From NCBI RefSeq assembly GCF_018977255.1, contig NW_024704743.1, forward strand, positions 2,606,001 through 2,670,000: 64,000 nucleotides of DNA, given 5' to 3'. The translations under genes were made by a program, and so were the position numbers. Of the stretch, positions 25,585-39,742 are shown piece by piece. Within the stretch, counting starts at the first letter, position 1. Each line of letters starts with the position of its first letter. The notes under the pieces were generated by a model. The model worked only from the letters and a program-made list of their open reading frames with translations, did not search any database and was not told where the DNA came from. The stretch comes from Callorhinchus milii (lineage: Eukaryota).

Positions 25585-27475
25585 CATACAATTATACAGC
25601 ACAGAAGGAGGCCATTCGGCCCATCATGTCTGTGCCAGCTCTTTGAAAAGAGCTTCCAATTCAATCCCACTCCCCCGCGCTCTCCCCATAGCCCTGCAAA
25701 CTTGTCCTCTCCAAATAATTATCTACTCTCTTAAACGCTATTATTGATTTGGCTCCACCAGCCTTTCAGGCAATGCATTCCAGATCCCAACAACTCACTG
25801 TGTGAAAACATATCTCCTCACCTCCCTCTGTTTTAACAACTATTTTAAATCGGTGTCCTCGGGTTACCCACCCACCCGCCAGTGGGAATAGTTTCTCCTT
25901 GTTCATCCTATCGAATCTCTTCATAATTTTGAAAACTACTATTAAGTCTCTTCTTAACCTTCTCTGCTCCAAGGAGAATATCCTCGCTTCTCCAGCCTCT
26001 CCTGATAACTAAAGTCCGTCATTCCTGGAACCATTCTGATAAATCTCCTTTGCACCCTCTCCAATGCCTTGACATCCTTCCTAAACTGGTGCCCAGAACT
26101 GAACACAGTCTCTCGCTGAGGTCTAACCAGTGTTTTATAAAGGTTCATCCTAACTTCCTGACTTGTGTATTCTATGCCCTATTTATAAACCCTAGTATCC
26201 CGGATGCTTTTTTAACAGCTTTATCTGCCTGTCCGGCCACCTTCAAAGATTTACGTATATGACCCCCAGGTCTCTCTGTTCCTTCACCCCTTTAAGATTG
26301 TACCATCAGCGTATATTGCCTCTCCTCATTCTTCCTCTCAAAATGCATCACTTTGCATTTCTCCACATTAAACTTCATCTGCCACGTGTCTGCCCACGTT
26401 ACCAGTCTGTCTATGTCCATTTGCCGTCTGCTACTATCCTCCTCACTGTTTACTACTCTTCCTAGCTTTGTATTATCTGCAAACTTGGAAATTGTCCTCC
26501 CTATACGCAAGCCCAGGACATTTATATAGATCACAAACAGCAGTGGCCCCAATACCGACCCCTGGGGGACACCACTGCACACCTCCCTCCAGTCAGAAAA
26601 ACAACCGTTCACTACCACTCTCTGCTCTCTGTCTCCCAGACAGTTCTGTATCCGCTGCCACTGTCCCTTTAATACTGTGGGCTTCTATTTTGCTTATAAG
26701 TCTCTTATGTGGCACTTTATCAAACGCCTTTTGAAAATCCATATAAACTCCTTGATCCACCCTCTCCGTTACTTCATCAAAAAACTCTTTATCAAGTTTC
26801 TAAGACATGATTTGCCTTTAACAAACCCACGTTCGCTGTCCTTTATTAACCCATATTTTTCAAAGTGAAAATTTATTTTGTCCTGGATTACAGTCTGTAG
26901 AAGTTTCCCCACTACTGACGTTAGGATGACTGGCCTGTAGATCCCGGGTTTATCCTTCTCCCCCTTTTTGTACAGTAGAGTAACATTTGCAACCTTGCAG
27001 TCCTCTGGCACCACCCCGGTGTCCAAGGAGGATTGAAAGATTATGGCCAGAGCCTATTTCCACCCTTACTAACCTAGGATGCATCCTGTCCGGACCGGGT
27101 GACTTATCTACTTTGAGCACCGTCAACCTTTTTAGTACCTCCTCTCTTTTTAGTACCTTATTCTTATCTTTATCCTATCCAATTCTCTCCTCTGACACTG
27201 TGGCATTGGCTGCATCCTCTTCTTTTGTGAAGACAGATACAAAGTCCTCATTCATTACGTCAGCCGTGCCCTCTGCCTCCACAAGAAGATTTCCTCTTTG
27301 GTCCCTAATTGGATCCACCCATCCTTTGACTAATCTTTTATTCTTTACATGCTTATAAAATACCTTAGGGTTACCTTTTATGTTTCCTGCTAATCTTTTC
27401 TCATACAATCTCTTTGCCCCTCTTATTTCCTTTTTCAGTTCTCTGTACTTTCTATATTCTATTTGATTATCTTTT
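25585..27475 (-). mobile_element. CR1 LINE, 5'-truncated, RT domain to 3' UTR
   Basis: ORFs with SGVPQGSVLGPLLF, SKFADNTKL, LYKTLVRP and LEQRRLRRDLI, plus the 3' UTR CACAGAAGGAGGCCATTCGGCCC. Confidence 0.95.
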
Positions 27476-27768
27476 GATAGAGTTCAAAATCCTGGTCCTT
27501 GTCTTCAAAGCTCTCCACAGCCTACTTCTGCGACATGCTAACCCCAAATAAATCTGACTGCCCCCTCCGCTCAGCAGCCCCCACCCTTTGGAATCTATCC
27601 CAAAGTCCACCTTGCTTCCTCCCTTGCGTCATTGAAGGCCCATTTTCGATCTCACCTTTGATCACCCTCCTACCCTCACCCTCCCTGCCCTCAACCCCTC
27701 CTGATCCCAACCCCGACCTCAGGTCTAAATTTCTGACTGTCCAGCAACTTGGGATGTCATCCTGACAT

Positions 27769-28083
27769 GTGGAGTCTTGTAGCTCAGTGGTTAGAGCACT
27801 CGCTTTGCAAGTGAGAGACCTGAGTTCAATTCCAGGCAGAGGGCGAAACCTTGGGCAAGTTTCCTTACTCCACACAGAGCCTAATAATAATCCCTCCAAA
27901 AACAATAATAAATTGGTCATTTTCAATCCATGACTGTTTGTGGGACATTGCTGTGCGCAATTGGCTGCCGTGTTCGCCCACAAATATACAGTCAATTCAC
28001 TTTACAGTATATTCTGTGAAGCGCTTTGGGACGTCCTCCCGACGTGAAAAGCGCTATATCAAATGCAAGGATTATTATTATTA
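27769..28083 (+). mobile_element. Full-length short-type SINE
   Basis: TAGCTCAGTGG A-box, GTTCAATTC B-box, TTTGCAA anticodon-like loop, (TTA)n tail. Confidence 0.93.
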
Positions 28084-29092
28084 AGGGTGCTGTGCAAATG
28101 TAATTTGTTGTTGTTGGGTAATGATGCTTTTTGTATAAATGGAAATCTAAAATGTAATAGTGTTAATGGCCTATTTGTGCCATTGTGTCGTTATTTGGGC
28201 AGGGTGAATATTACATGTAAAAGTCTGTTCTCAATTGAATCAGCAGATAATGGAAAGTTGACTTATGCCACTTAGTACGTTTTTCTAGAATATGTAATTT
28301 AGTGAGCAATTAACTGTTAGATTATGTAATTTTATTGGAGGTGAACTTTCAAACATTTTCAGTAATCTTTCTCTTGGATATCAGCGTTACCTCAGCTGAA
28401 ACTTGCTCAAATTCAGTATTGGACTCGCATAAGCGGATAAAAGTTAGCTCTGTTTTCTGACCTTTTGTTTTCTTGACATCTGATTCCCGGGAGCTGATGC
28501 CATAACTTGCTTTCATTATAAAATATGAAATGTACTTCACTCAATCCAAGGTCTTGAGATCTGACCACTGAAGACGACCTTACTTAAGAAGATTCTTGCA
28601 GAGTGTTAACACTGCGCTGCTATCAATATTCTGTGCTGGCCAGACAGAAAGTGCCAATTCAATCACACTTGGTTTTGAGTGGCTGATCGAGATGGAGCTT
28701 TAAACTGGGTGGTCAGATTAGGTTCACAGAAGTTAATTTGTGCCCCGAAAGGATTACAAGGAATGGTATTTGAGGTCAGGGTCTGGCACTCACTCATGTA
28801 AGAAACCACTTTGTTGTATTGAGAAGACAATCGGGTGGGTGTTCTGAAAGGTAGAGATGAAATGCACTGAATGATTCATCTGTACCTTGCTTTTAATCTT
28901 CTCAGGCCTTGTTTCCTCCCCCCCCAACCAACTCAACCCGTCTGCTTCTCAAAATAGGATGATGTCGCTGAGCATTATATCCATCTCAGAGTTTGACATG
29001 CTATGTTGATTATCAAAAGTCAGAATCTGAGCAGGTTCAGCAAACTCATGACTTGGGAAATAAGATGTTTCTTCTGGCAGCTAGGAACCTTT

Positions 29093-30598
29093 TGTCTAGT
29101 TTTCATTGGGATTCCACAAATTTTTAGGAAAATTATAGGATACCTGTGGCTTTGGATCGTGATGATTCAACTCCAGTATCTAGATTAGTACAATCTCGTG
29201 TACCCTATTGATTGCTGAGGCATTAAACATAATAATAATCCTTGCATTTGATATAACACTTAATCACGTCTTCGAGATTTCTCAAAGCGCTTCACAGAAT
29301 ATACTGTAAAGTGTAGTGACTGTATATTTTGTGAGCGAAACGTGGCAGCCAATTGCGCACAGCAGCATCCCCACAAACAGCTGTGGATTTGAGTGACTAA
29401 ATTATTATTATTTTTAGTTTGAAGGGATTATTACCCCTGAAAAAGCGATTCCCCCCAATCGGCTGACAACCGGGTTCCTACTTACTGCTGGGTAAACAGA
29501 GGTGTGTGGAGTAGAAAACTTGACCAATGTTTCGCCCTGCTGGGAATCGAACCCTGGTCCTCTCGCTTGCGAGGCGTGTACTCTTAACCACTGAGCTACA
29601 GGACTGCAAGTGATTCCTAGGGTCTAACTGCAATGTTATATATTACTAACGGACATAGTACTGATTACAATGCTTTCCACGAGGTAGATTGGTAGAACAG
29701 ACTCAGACTTCAGGCAGTCAAAGTTGGTGAATGTATGAACAGACAGCACTACTTCTAAAATAAATGAGCATTGCAACTGCTTGGAAATGTGTACTGGTGC
29801 CCATGTAGGTCTGGACATGTATGTTAATACAGAGTTTCAATGCCACCTGAATAGGTACACGTTCTCGTCTTGAGTGGAATATTATTGCTAAGCCATTTGT
29901 ACTTATTTTTGAGGAATTGTATAAACAGTAATGCCTCATTGTGATCCTTTAGAACCATTCTGAGTATTCCTTTATACAGGTGGCAATCTCATGTTGGTTA
30001 TCTTTTTGAAGAAAGCAACCAAACTAGACCAACCCACTAGTTGGTCATTAAACCAACATTGAGGCAACCTCCCCCAAAATATCTAGCAGGTCCTGTGATT
30101 GTGATCCTGCTTAACACTATTCATCTGCTGTTTACCATTGTATACACTAATCCTGAGCAGCACTGCCACCTAGATCTAGTTTGTGGTTTAGATAAGATGT
30201 GAATCGGTTTGCTAAGGCATCTTTCCTCAAAGCACAAGTAACAAGTGGTGAGTACAGTCCAATATTTTGTGCATAAATGCTTAACTTTGTGTCTTAACTT
30301 TTTGAGATGAAGAAAGCAAATAATGTTTGTCCTGGGGAATACATCACTGTTTTGTTTCAGACCATCATTCCCGTCTCAAGTTACATCATAGCTAGATGCA
30401 GAGTAAACCTACCCTCTTCTCTGCTCTTGTTTGAAGAACATATTCTCTTCAGCTCTCTCACTGTTTAATGTCTCAGCAATCAATAGGGTACACAAGATTG
30501 TACTAATCTAGATACTGGAGTTGAATCATCACGATCCAAAGCCACAGGTATCCTATAACTTTCCTAAAAATTTGTGGAATCCCAATGAAAACTAGACA
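29093..30598. repeat. 137-bp inverted repeat pair (29093-29229 / 30462-30598)
   Basis: Manual reverse-complement comparison gives 134/137 identity. Confidence 0.95.
29230..29605 (-). mobile_element. Full-length long-type SINE
   Basis: Reverse-complement tail at 29230 through head CTGAGCTACAGGACT at 29605. Confidence 0.92.
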
Positions 30599-32765
30599 TA
30601 TTTTCTATTTCGCACTTCTCACATAGCCTTCTGTGGCCTTTTGAGATTCAGTTTGGCACTTTTACGATGCGATTGCTTACCCAGTGTGGGAGCTTCACAA
30701 CACATAGAATAAATTTAAGGTGGATTTGAATCCTTTTTTGTTTGCCTACAAATACAGTCACTGCACTTTACAGTAAATCCTGTGACATGCTTGTTGACAT
30801 TTTGACGTGATAAGGCCCTATATCAAATAAAGGCACAGTGTACCACCCAGTCCATTAAAACAAACTAGGTTGTAAAAGTCTTCTGAGACTTAATGTCGCA
30901 AGTTTGAAGCTAATGGATTTTCTGACTTGTGTTAATGATTGTGGGAGATTGTGTGCAAATTGCATGCCCTCTTCGCCTACAAAATGCAGTCACCACCCTG
31001 TACAGTAAAATCCCTTTTAGAGTTTTGAGACCTCCAGACGTGAAAGGGACATTCAAGGACTGGTATGTAGTGTTATACATTGCGTTGGTGTCTCTGTGTC
31101 TAAATGTTATATTTTTGGAGAATTTTTGTGTGTAATTCTGTTGCACACAAGTAGCTGGTTAGAACTTTTTTTCCCAAGCAAATCATTCCAAGTCAAGGTT
31201 AGTCTATATCTAGCAAATGAAAAGGTTGACTTTCAGACGTTTCACACACCAACTCGCTATGAAAGAATTCTCTTCTATGTAAATAATAAAGCATAGACTA
31301 TTTAAGTTGTCAACAGGAATATTGAAACTACAAAATAGTTTATCTGAATGTTCTGAAGAGCCCTCAAGACAGACGCATTTGTTCCATATGAATTTATTCT
31401 TTGAATTTGATTTATCAGTAGTTTATCTTTAACTTTTTTTTCCTCTTCCCTGACTACTGGGTGGAAACGTTAGGCAAGTTTCCTTACTCCACACGCCTTT
31501 GTTTACCCAGCAGTAAGTAGCAATCCGGTTATTAGTCAATTGGCGGATCACTTTCTGGGGTTAATACTTGCTTCAAAATAAATGAAAATAATTTTTACTC
31601 AATCCATGACTGTTTGTGGGACACTGCAGTGTAACAATTGGCTGCTGCTTTTTGCCCACAAAATCCACTTTACAGGATATTCTGTGAAGTGCTTTGAGAC
31701 GTTTCAACGACATGTACCAAATGCAAGTATTATTGCCTTCTGGAAGCAGCTAACCCATGATGGGGTGAAATCCCGATGACCACTTAGCAAGATTCCTACT
31801 GACATGTTACCAAGGGGACATTAAGCTTCATAGCCTATCATTCTTCTCCATGTTCTGATAGTGATCAGAAGCAGTACACTAACTGACCAGATTTATAGAC
31901 TAATCTACTGTCTTTACACCTGTTAAATATTTTATTGCGCTGATAATATTAGGCTATACAATAGTATGATACAATGATCCTGCCTTTCTATACCAATCAT
32001 TCTAAAGTATTCTGCTGTGTACAAAAATCAAGGATTCATAGCTTTAAAATCAGGACAAAATGGCAGTACCAATGTACCAATGCAGGAATTTTTTAGGATG
32101 TTGTATAAATTGCCGACATGGTGCTGAAAAAATATTGCTGCTTACTGTAATTTAGCAATAGATTAACATGCTTACCTAACAGAAATAACACCACTCAATT
32201 CATATATTATTTTTATAAATCTATCCACAAGAGTACCTAGAACGTCAAGATGAAAGCTTTATTCAGCTGCATGTTTTAACACATTTTGAGATCAAATTTT
32301 AATGCTTGTTAAATGCCAATCATGATGGATTAAGGAAAGGATTTGATGTTGAGTAAATCTGCAGTGATTTTTTTGAATATATGACTAGTAGGGTAGATCA
32401 GAGAATAGAGTTGGTATATTATACAACTTGGTTTTTAGAAAACTTTTAACAATGTAAGTCAGCAGTTAATTGCAAAACCACAGTATAGTGACGTGTGTTA
32501 GATAGAAGATTGGCTTAATAACTAGGAGCAAATGAAAACCATCAACAGGAACATTTTCAACCCGGTTATGAGCAGAATATGTACATTAGTGTTGATCTTG
32601 GAATTCGGGCTTTATTATATAGTATATTACTTGTGTCAGGGTAAACCTAGCAATCTACTGTGTAGAGAAGGAGGCCATTCAGCTCATGCTCACTGAGCAA
32701 GAAGATCAATTCAATCCCACCACCCTGCCTTATCCCTAATACCCTTTCAAGCCCTTTGGGTTCAT

Positions 32766-33130
32766 GTGGAGTCACTGTAGCTCAGTGGTTAGAGCACTCG
32801 TCTCACAAGGGAGTGACCTGGGTTTGATTCCCAGGCAGGGTGAAATGTTGGGCAAGTTTCCTTACTCTGCACGCCTCTGTTTACCCAGCAGTAAGTAGGA
32901 ACCTGGTTGTTAGTCGATTGGAGGATCATTTTTCTGGCAGTAATAATTCCTTCAAAAAAATTGGTCACTTCAATCCACGACTGTTTGTGGGACACTTATG
33001 TGCGCAATTGGCTGTTGCGTTTCGCCCACAAAATATGGTCAATTCACTTTACAGTATATTCTGTAACTCTTTGAGACGTCTCGAAGAAGTGATAAGGCCA
33101 AATTTCGAATGCAAGGATTATTTTTATTAT
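32766..33130 (+). mobile_element. Full-length long-type SINE
   Basis: GTGGAGTC..TAGCTCAGTGG head, CORE-like segment and tail. Confidence 0.92.
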
Positions 33131-36100
33131 ATGCCTGGCGACTTCTCTCATGAAACTACAGGTAGGTAACTGCACTGACAGGTGGCACATGTGATTCAAT
33201 ATTGGATTTATACAATAAGTAGTGTGGGAGCAAGGAACCAAAGAGGGAAGTCTACTTGTTAAATGGAGCAGTCATTCAGCATGCTGATCAGGGAAGAAAT
33301 TTAGGGAATATTGTGGTTAAACTAGTGAAACACTCTGGTGGTTTGTGGCTGTAAGAAAGGGCAAATCAACCTATCAGGTTACAACAGCAGAGCAATAGAA
33401 TACAAATTGGAGGTTTTATTGTTATTTCGGGTCAAGTATCATCTGGAATACTGAATTGCAGTTCTGTTCACGTAATCTTCGCAAGAATATTGGATTGTAA
33501 TTTACAGTACCTGCTTAACCCACAGGCAAAGTTTGCGTGGTTGGTCATGCCACTTGCTAACAGTTTTGTACAGACAGCATTATAGTTGTTCTTGATAGTG
33601 TAATTAATCAATATGGTTTACATGTGGTTCTGGAGTCCTTTGCATTTACAAATGACATAAGGGAACCTGCTCAACCCACAAGTTACACCCACTTTTGCTC
33701 TTGTTAAGTTACAGTCGCCCACAGTCACTACACTTTACAGTATATTCTGTGAAGCGCTTTGAGATGTCTCAAAGATGTTATGTGGCGCTATATCAAATGC
33801 AAGGATTATTATTGGGATTATTACAGAGGCCTCTTCCCCAACCCCTGAAAAGAATAACAGCAGCAGAAATCAACAGAGAAAAGGGAAGTTAGAACTATTT
33901 TAATCTCAAAGTGTTGAGTACATTACTAGTATAATAAGGATCAAGAGGCAACTTGATGTATTTTTGGACAGTTAAGAGATTGCAAATAAGAAAATAAGAA
34001 AGGAGGTGTTGTATTTGAGTTGGAGACCAAAAGGAATAGGTTTATTGGGCCTAGAAGTTCTAAATTCTTCAGGCTATTAAATTGCCTAGCAATCATTTTA
34101 CTATTAATGTTTCTACAATTCCTAATATAGAAATTGCATAATTCATGCTTAATGTAGAAATGGGTTACAAAGCTATTCTGACCTCCCAGATGTATTGCTC
34201 AGTTTTCCATGTTGTGCCTAATTTGAAATTGATTCTCAAAGAAATAATAACCTTTATACTCAGGCTAGGATGATGCTAAATAAAATTAGCAGGTGTGAGG
34301 GGCGCTGTATAAATTGTTCACCATTCTGATAAAACTGGATAAATGCGAAAACAATCAATAACGAATGGTGGAAAATGCAAAAAATAATTTCTTGTGAATA
34401 AGCCGCCAACCTGTGTAGACAACCCGTGAGCCTCGTCCCCAGTGTGTTATCTCCTAAACTTTCCAAACTTATATAGCTGATGGTTTGAGATCACTCAACC
34501 TTAGTATCACTGGCAGGTTGCAAATGAACTCCCTTCAAAGCAATCTGTGAGGTACCAGATGGATTGTGTACAGCATTTAGTTATCTTGATTGCTTATTTG
34601 TGTTCATGCTCAAGAGTGCAAATGGATCCTCCCGGTATTAATAGGAATGAAATGAGTAGTGTTCCCTGGAATTATTCAGGTGCACAATCTATCCTACTCT
34701 GTTGATGGAAGTGTTGCATATAATCATGAAGTTCTGTTCTGTTCAGGTGCTTCACTGATCTGGCAGTGCACAACAAGGAAAGGTTACAAAGAAATAATAG
34801 TGCTTGAGCAAGGAAAGCTTAGGTTGTGGCCCAGCGTGTCACTTCAACAAGCTGGAGAAGGTCAAGCAATGTCGTATATTAATGACAAAATTAATTATGT
34901 AAAAGGTTAAAAGAAAATTGAAAGCAAAGATGATTCATCAGATGAGCTTTGCTGCTGTGCCAGTCAGGACAATAATAAGCTGAAAAGGAAATTATCAAAA
35001 TGATCAAATTGCGTTACCACAATTTACTCTGAACCATTGACCGCAGTAACTTCAAGATTCCCAAGAACCTGTGAAACAATTTGCTAGCGATTGGGAGACA
35101 CATTGTCTGTGGATATAGATGGTACTTTAAATTCATGCTCATTCAACCTAAGTAGCTGGTTGTAATGGTATACAATGTTAATAATCCTTGCATTTGATAT
35201 AGCGTCCTATCACGTCATTGAGACATCTCAAAACAATTCACAGGATACACTGTAAAGTGGAGTGACTGTAGTTTGTGGGAGAAAGGCGGCAGCCAATTGC
35301 GCACAGCAGTGTACCACAAACAGTCATGAAATGAATGACCAAATAATTTTTTTTTGAATATTAGGTTCAATACATTTTATTCGGGGTTGACAAATGCCAA
35401 CAAAGGCAAAAGAAAAGAATGTACTTGTGCTGCTACCATTGACCTTTAGGAAATAAACTAAATGGGAGCACTATCTAGTGATGAGCACTATATCAAATGC
35501 AAGGATTATTATTGTAACTTAAATAGTGTTGGTAGACGCTGTGAAAGAGATGGAATTGTACTTTTTTCCCTCCCACAAAGTACTCATAAGTGGTACAGTT
35601 AACAAAAATGTATAGTGGAAAAAATGGTGGGTTGTGGAGAATTTTGCCTTGCTATATTGAATTAATCAGGAAATGCCAACGTGTCTTTTATCCAGTAAAG
35701 TTTAGGTGATGGCCCAGTGGTGACAGAAATCCTCTGTAGCTTGCCTTCCCTGCTTTCTGTAGCATTTTAGGTCCATTATGTTTAATAAGCAAAAGTTCTA
35801 GAAATGCAGAAGTAATAGAGTATTCTGTTGTCAAATAGAATGGTGGTATTAGGATTTGCCAAGAAATTTTGCCTTTCCCAGATATTCTGCAGAATTTTTT
35901 TGTATTGTTTACCCTTTATTCGGGTTAAAACAGCAAGAAACGATAGCTCGAACTCACTTCATGGTGTCACAATGATAGATAGTGGGAATAGCCATGTCAT
36001 TTTTTTTCCTGTGAAGAAATGTTGATGTATTTTTCAATTAATAATCACAATAAAGATTCAACAAAATGAGGTGGCAATCTGGTCAGTTAATTAATACCAC

Positions 36101-37046
36101 TCTCGTCTCGGAGTCAGAAGGTTGTGGGATCCGCCTATTTATGTGGACAATAAAGATCCCATGTCACGACTTGAAAAGAGAGGTTTTAACCGGAATCAGC
36201 AATCCATGCAGATAAAATCGGTCATTCACTTTCTGGCTGTTTGTGAGACATTGCTATGTGCAAATTGGCTGTTGCGTTTGTCTATGAATACACAGTCATA
36301 CATTTTACAGTAAATCTATCAAGCTCTAGATGACATGATAAGACACTATATCAAGTGCAACGATTATTTTTATTATTCTATCAAGCCTGCATGTTTTTGA
36401 GATTCGTTAACTCCAGCGTTAATGAGTTGAAAACCCAGCTCCCTATCAGGAATGTGTAGCTGATGACCTTCGAAATCTGTTTGGTATCAGGCCAACAAAT
36501 ACAGTAGCACAATCTTTCTGCATTGATAATCATCTCATTCGCAGTAGATTGTCATCGACCAGTACGTGGAATCCAATTAAAATGTGGGTTTGCTTATTGG
36601 ACGAGATGCTGTCCGGCGTGAAGGGCGCTATACACATACAAGTTGATGTTGTTGTTGAATGGCTTGAGGGCTCCATTCACTCCACGTGCAAACCACCAGT
36701 CCGTTCACCTCTTACCCAAATCGGCTGACTTGCGGGTCAATAGATCGCTGCCCACATCATTTTCTGCGTGCTGTACATGGGCAACACACAGCAAGTGACA
36801 CTCGCTGCAACCCTCATGATCTGGAAGTCGACCATTATTATAACCCGTGGGAATGGACTGCTGGCTGTGGAACAACAACACATTACATTTGTTTAGTGCC
36901 TTTCAATAACCAGCTGGCTATGTGTGTGGGCAGTGAAACAAATTCATGATGGACAGTCGTAACACAAGTTGGGATGCATTTAAACACCATACACAGGTTA
37001 TAATAGCACTGTGCTTTACTAATGTTGCACACCTGAAGACCATCCT

Positions 37047-37370
37047 GGGGAGTCCTGTAGCTCAGTGGTTAGAGCACTTGCTTTGCAAGCGAGAGACCTG
37101 AGTTCAATTCCAGGCAGAGGGCGAAACCTTGGGCAAGTTTCCTTACTCTACACGCCTAATAATAATCCCTCCAAAACCAAAAAAAAAAAAAAAAATTGGT
37201 CATTTTCAATCTGCAACTGTTTGTAGGACATTGCTGTGTGCAATTGGCTGCCGCGTTCGCCCACAAATATACAGTCAATTCACTTTACAGTGTGTTCTGT
37301 GAAGCGCTTTGGGACGTCCTCCCGACGTGAAAAGTGCTATATCAAATGCAAGGATTATTATTATTATTAT
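37047..37370 (+). mobile_element. Full-length short-type SINE
   Basis: Nearly identical to the copy at 62139. Confidence 0.93.
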
Positions 37371-39742
37371 CCTCTTCGACCGAGCAGATGGTCACCTGCC
37401 GGTCATCTCTCACTGGCCTGATGTTAAGCACTCCCAAGATGTTATCCCACATAAAGGGCACTTGTATCAATGCAAGCTGTTGTTGTTAAGCTCCTGATGT
37501 ATAATCACTTAGGAACATTTTCAAGGTAGCAGCTAATAATTTTGTGAGTGAGGAGTGCTTAACAGCATTTGCTTTAATCCCCCATTAACATTTAAGATCT
37601 ATGTTTAATACTTTGAGTACCAAAATAATTTTCAAACCTCACTCCATTTCTTATACTTACTTGTAATTATTTTTCCAGGTATCCGTTGAGAGTGTGTGAT
37701 CTCTCTGCAGCCAAAGAAAAGTAATTCTCACGTTTGGAAGTAACTCTAATTTGTGTACCAGATTAAGACCTCTGCTACAGTCCTTTAAGTGCTAGATGAG
37801 TTGTTACCCTTTTTTGGTATAAATACATGACCGAGAACTGTTGTATGTGTGTTTTTCCTAGTGTGTCTTTTTCAAGCTTGCATAGTGACTTTAGAAAATT
37901 ATATGTTGTTTTAACCACTCCTACCCTGGCCAACAATCCTCCAGGTGAATTTATGAGGATCTAGGTTTGATACCCAGACAGGGTGAAATATTAGACAAGT
38001 TGCCTTACTCCACAGGCCTCTGTTTATCTAATAGTAAGTAGGAACCTGGTTGTTAGTTGATTGGTGGATCGTTTTCTGGGGGGTAATAATCCCTTTCTTA
38101 AAAAAACATTTTGGTCACTGAATCCCCGAATGTTTGTGAGACACTGTTGTGTGAATTGGTTGCCGCATTTCAGCCAAGTGCCTTTAGGTTATTCAACCAA
38201 AGAAAGGGGAAAAAGGATCACAATTGAACCCAATCCTATACCACCCAACATTCCCTTGGACAAACCCTCAGTAGCGGCTTGTTGGATAGCAATTAGGAGC
38301 ATGATCCAGTTGGATGTTTTTCCCCTTTCCCTGGTCCAGTAATGCAGAGGTACTCCCCTACTCCAGCCCGAGCTGAGAGCAAGTGCAGATGTGGGATCAA
38401 ACCCTTCCCTCCATTTGTCTCCTTGGATCATTTACGTCTCAGATAAATGCATCCAGCCATCCAGGGAGCAGATGCATTTCTGAATGTTTTTTCTAAGTAC
38501 TTGATTCCTTTTAAAAGCGGCACAATGCGAACTTTGTCCATTTCTGTAACCCGGAATTTTAAAAAAAAGTAAAATGAAATGCCTGTAAAATTTCAAAAAT
38601 TCAAACAAGCTGACGGGACATGGTAAAAAGAGTCAGTTGCTGGCATATAGGGAAAGGGCGAAACAAATGGGAGCCAGCCAGCACAGACACGATGAGCCCG
38701 ATGGCCTCTTGTCTCATGTGGTGCCAGGTGGTTTGAGTTCTGTTTCTAGGTTACAATTTTTTTTAAAAAAAGCTAAGGTCATCTTTGAGTAGCAATCTCT
38801 CCTAATCAGAGTGGAACCAGTTGTGCAGAACAGATCCTTTCAAGTGACTGACTCATCTAACGCTTGTTTTCTCAATGTTTTCATTGCTCGAAGCTTTGCA
38901 CCGTGAGACCACCAGCAGTGCTCTGAGTGGCTTCTTTGTCACTGACTCGTTCGGTGGTTGGCTTGCCTAGTGAGGAATTTTGGGTGGATTCCCAGTTGCA
39001 GGAGAAACACTCCACTTCCAGGTCAGACAATGAAATGTGCTTGGGCATGGAGCGTTCCTAACATTCCTGCAAAGATAAACTGCTCAAGCTTTGTTCTGTA
39101 TCTGATCAAACGGTTGAACAGGGCTGTAAGCGGATGGGGGAGAAAGAGAGAGAGAGAGTTGTGGCTCCTGCACAGTCATGTCCACAAATAGCTTGGATTT
39201 GAAGTTGACCTTCGACATTTTGAATTAGACAGACCTGTGCAGGGCAAGGATATTACAGGGAGAGAGCAGGGAATTAGGACGGACAGTTTCTCGGAAGAGC
39301 AATCACTGCCGGGGAAAAAAAGGGCCAATTGGCCTTCTACTGTATTATAAATCGTACTCGTCTCCCAGGCAATGGCCAAAGTTGTGCTTGCTCATGAACC
39401 ACTTCCAATCTAAGTCATCTCTGCACCAGTCCATTGTATGGACCAGCCAGCAGAACTGACTTATTAATACCAGCAATCAAATGTTTGAGCTCTTCCTGGT
39501 ATATAATTGTAGCATTTGAATTACTCTAATTGCAACGAAATAGAGACAAGTGCTTGTCCCAAACTTGCCCTTCACCATTTTGAAGCTTCATCTTCTCGTG
39601 CGACCACAGTTCATCATATCAGAAAGCAGTGTTCCAAGTTCCCTTTCTCTCTCTCTGTTAAGCATCCTATATAACCTTGGTAGCCAACCAAGCACATTTT
39701 TCTTTACTGAATTTTTCATCATTTATGACTGCGCCATGGATA

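Larger units (their letters stand above)
25466..28118 (+). mobile_element. L2 3' fragment split into 25466-25584, 27476-27768 and 28084-28118 by CR1 and SINE insertions
   Basis: QNYAGRVL..DSITPILTWLHWLPSPQRI resumes as (I)EFKILVLVFKALH after the CR1. The tail GGGATGTCATCCTGACATG..GGTGCTGTGCAAATGTAATTTGTTGTTG is split by a SINE. Confidence 0.8.

Noticed and set aside
29979..30062. Possible alternative terminal exon inside the inverted-repeat loop (TACAG|GT GGC AAT...)
   Set aside because: Weak pyrimidine tract, no recognisable peptide and no clear poly(A) signal.
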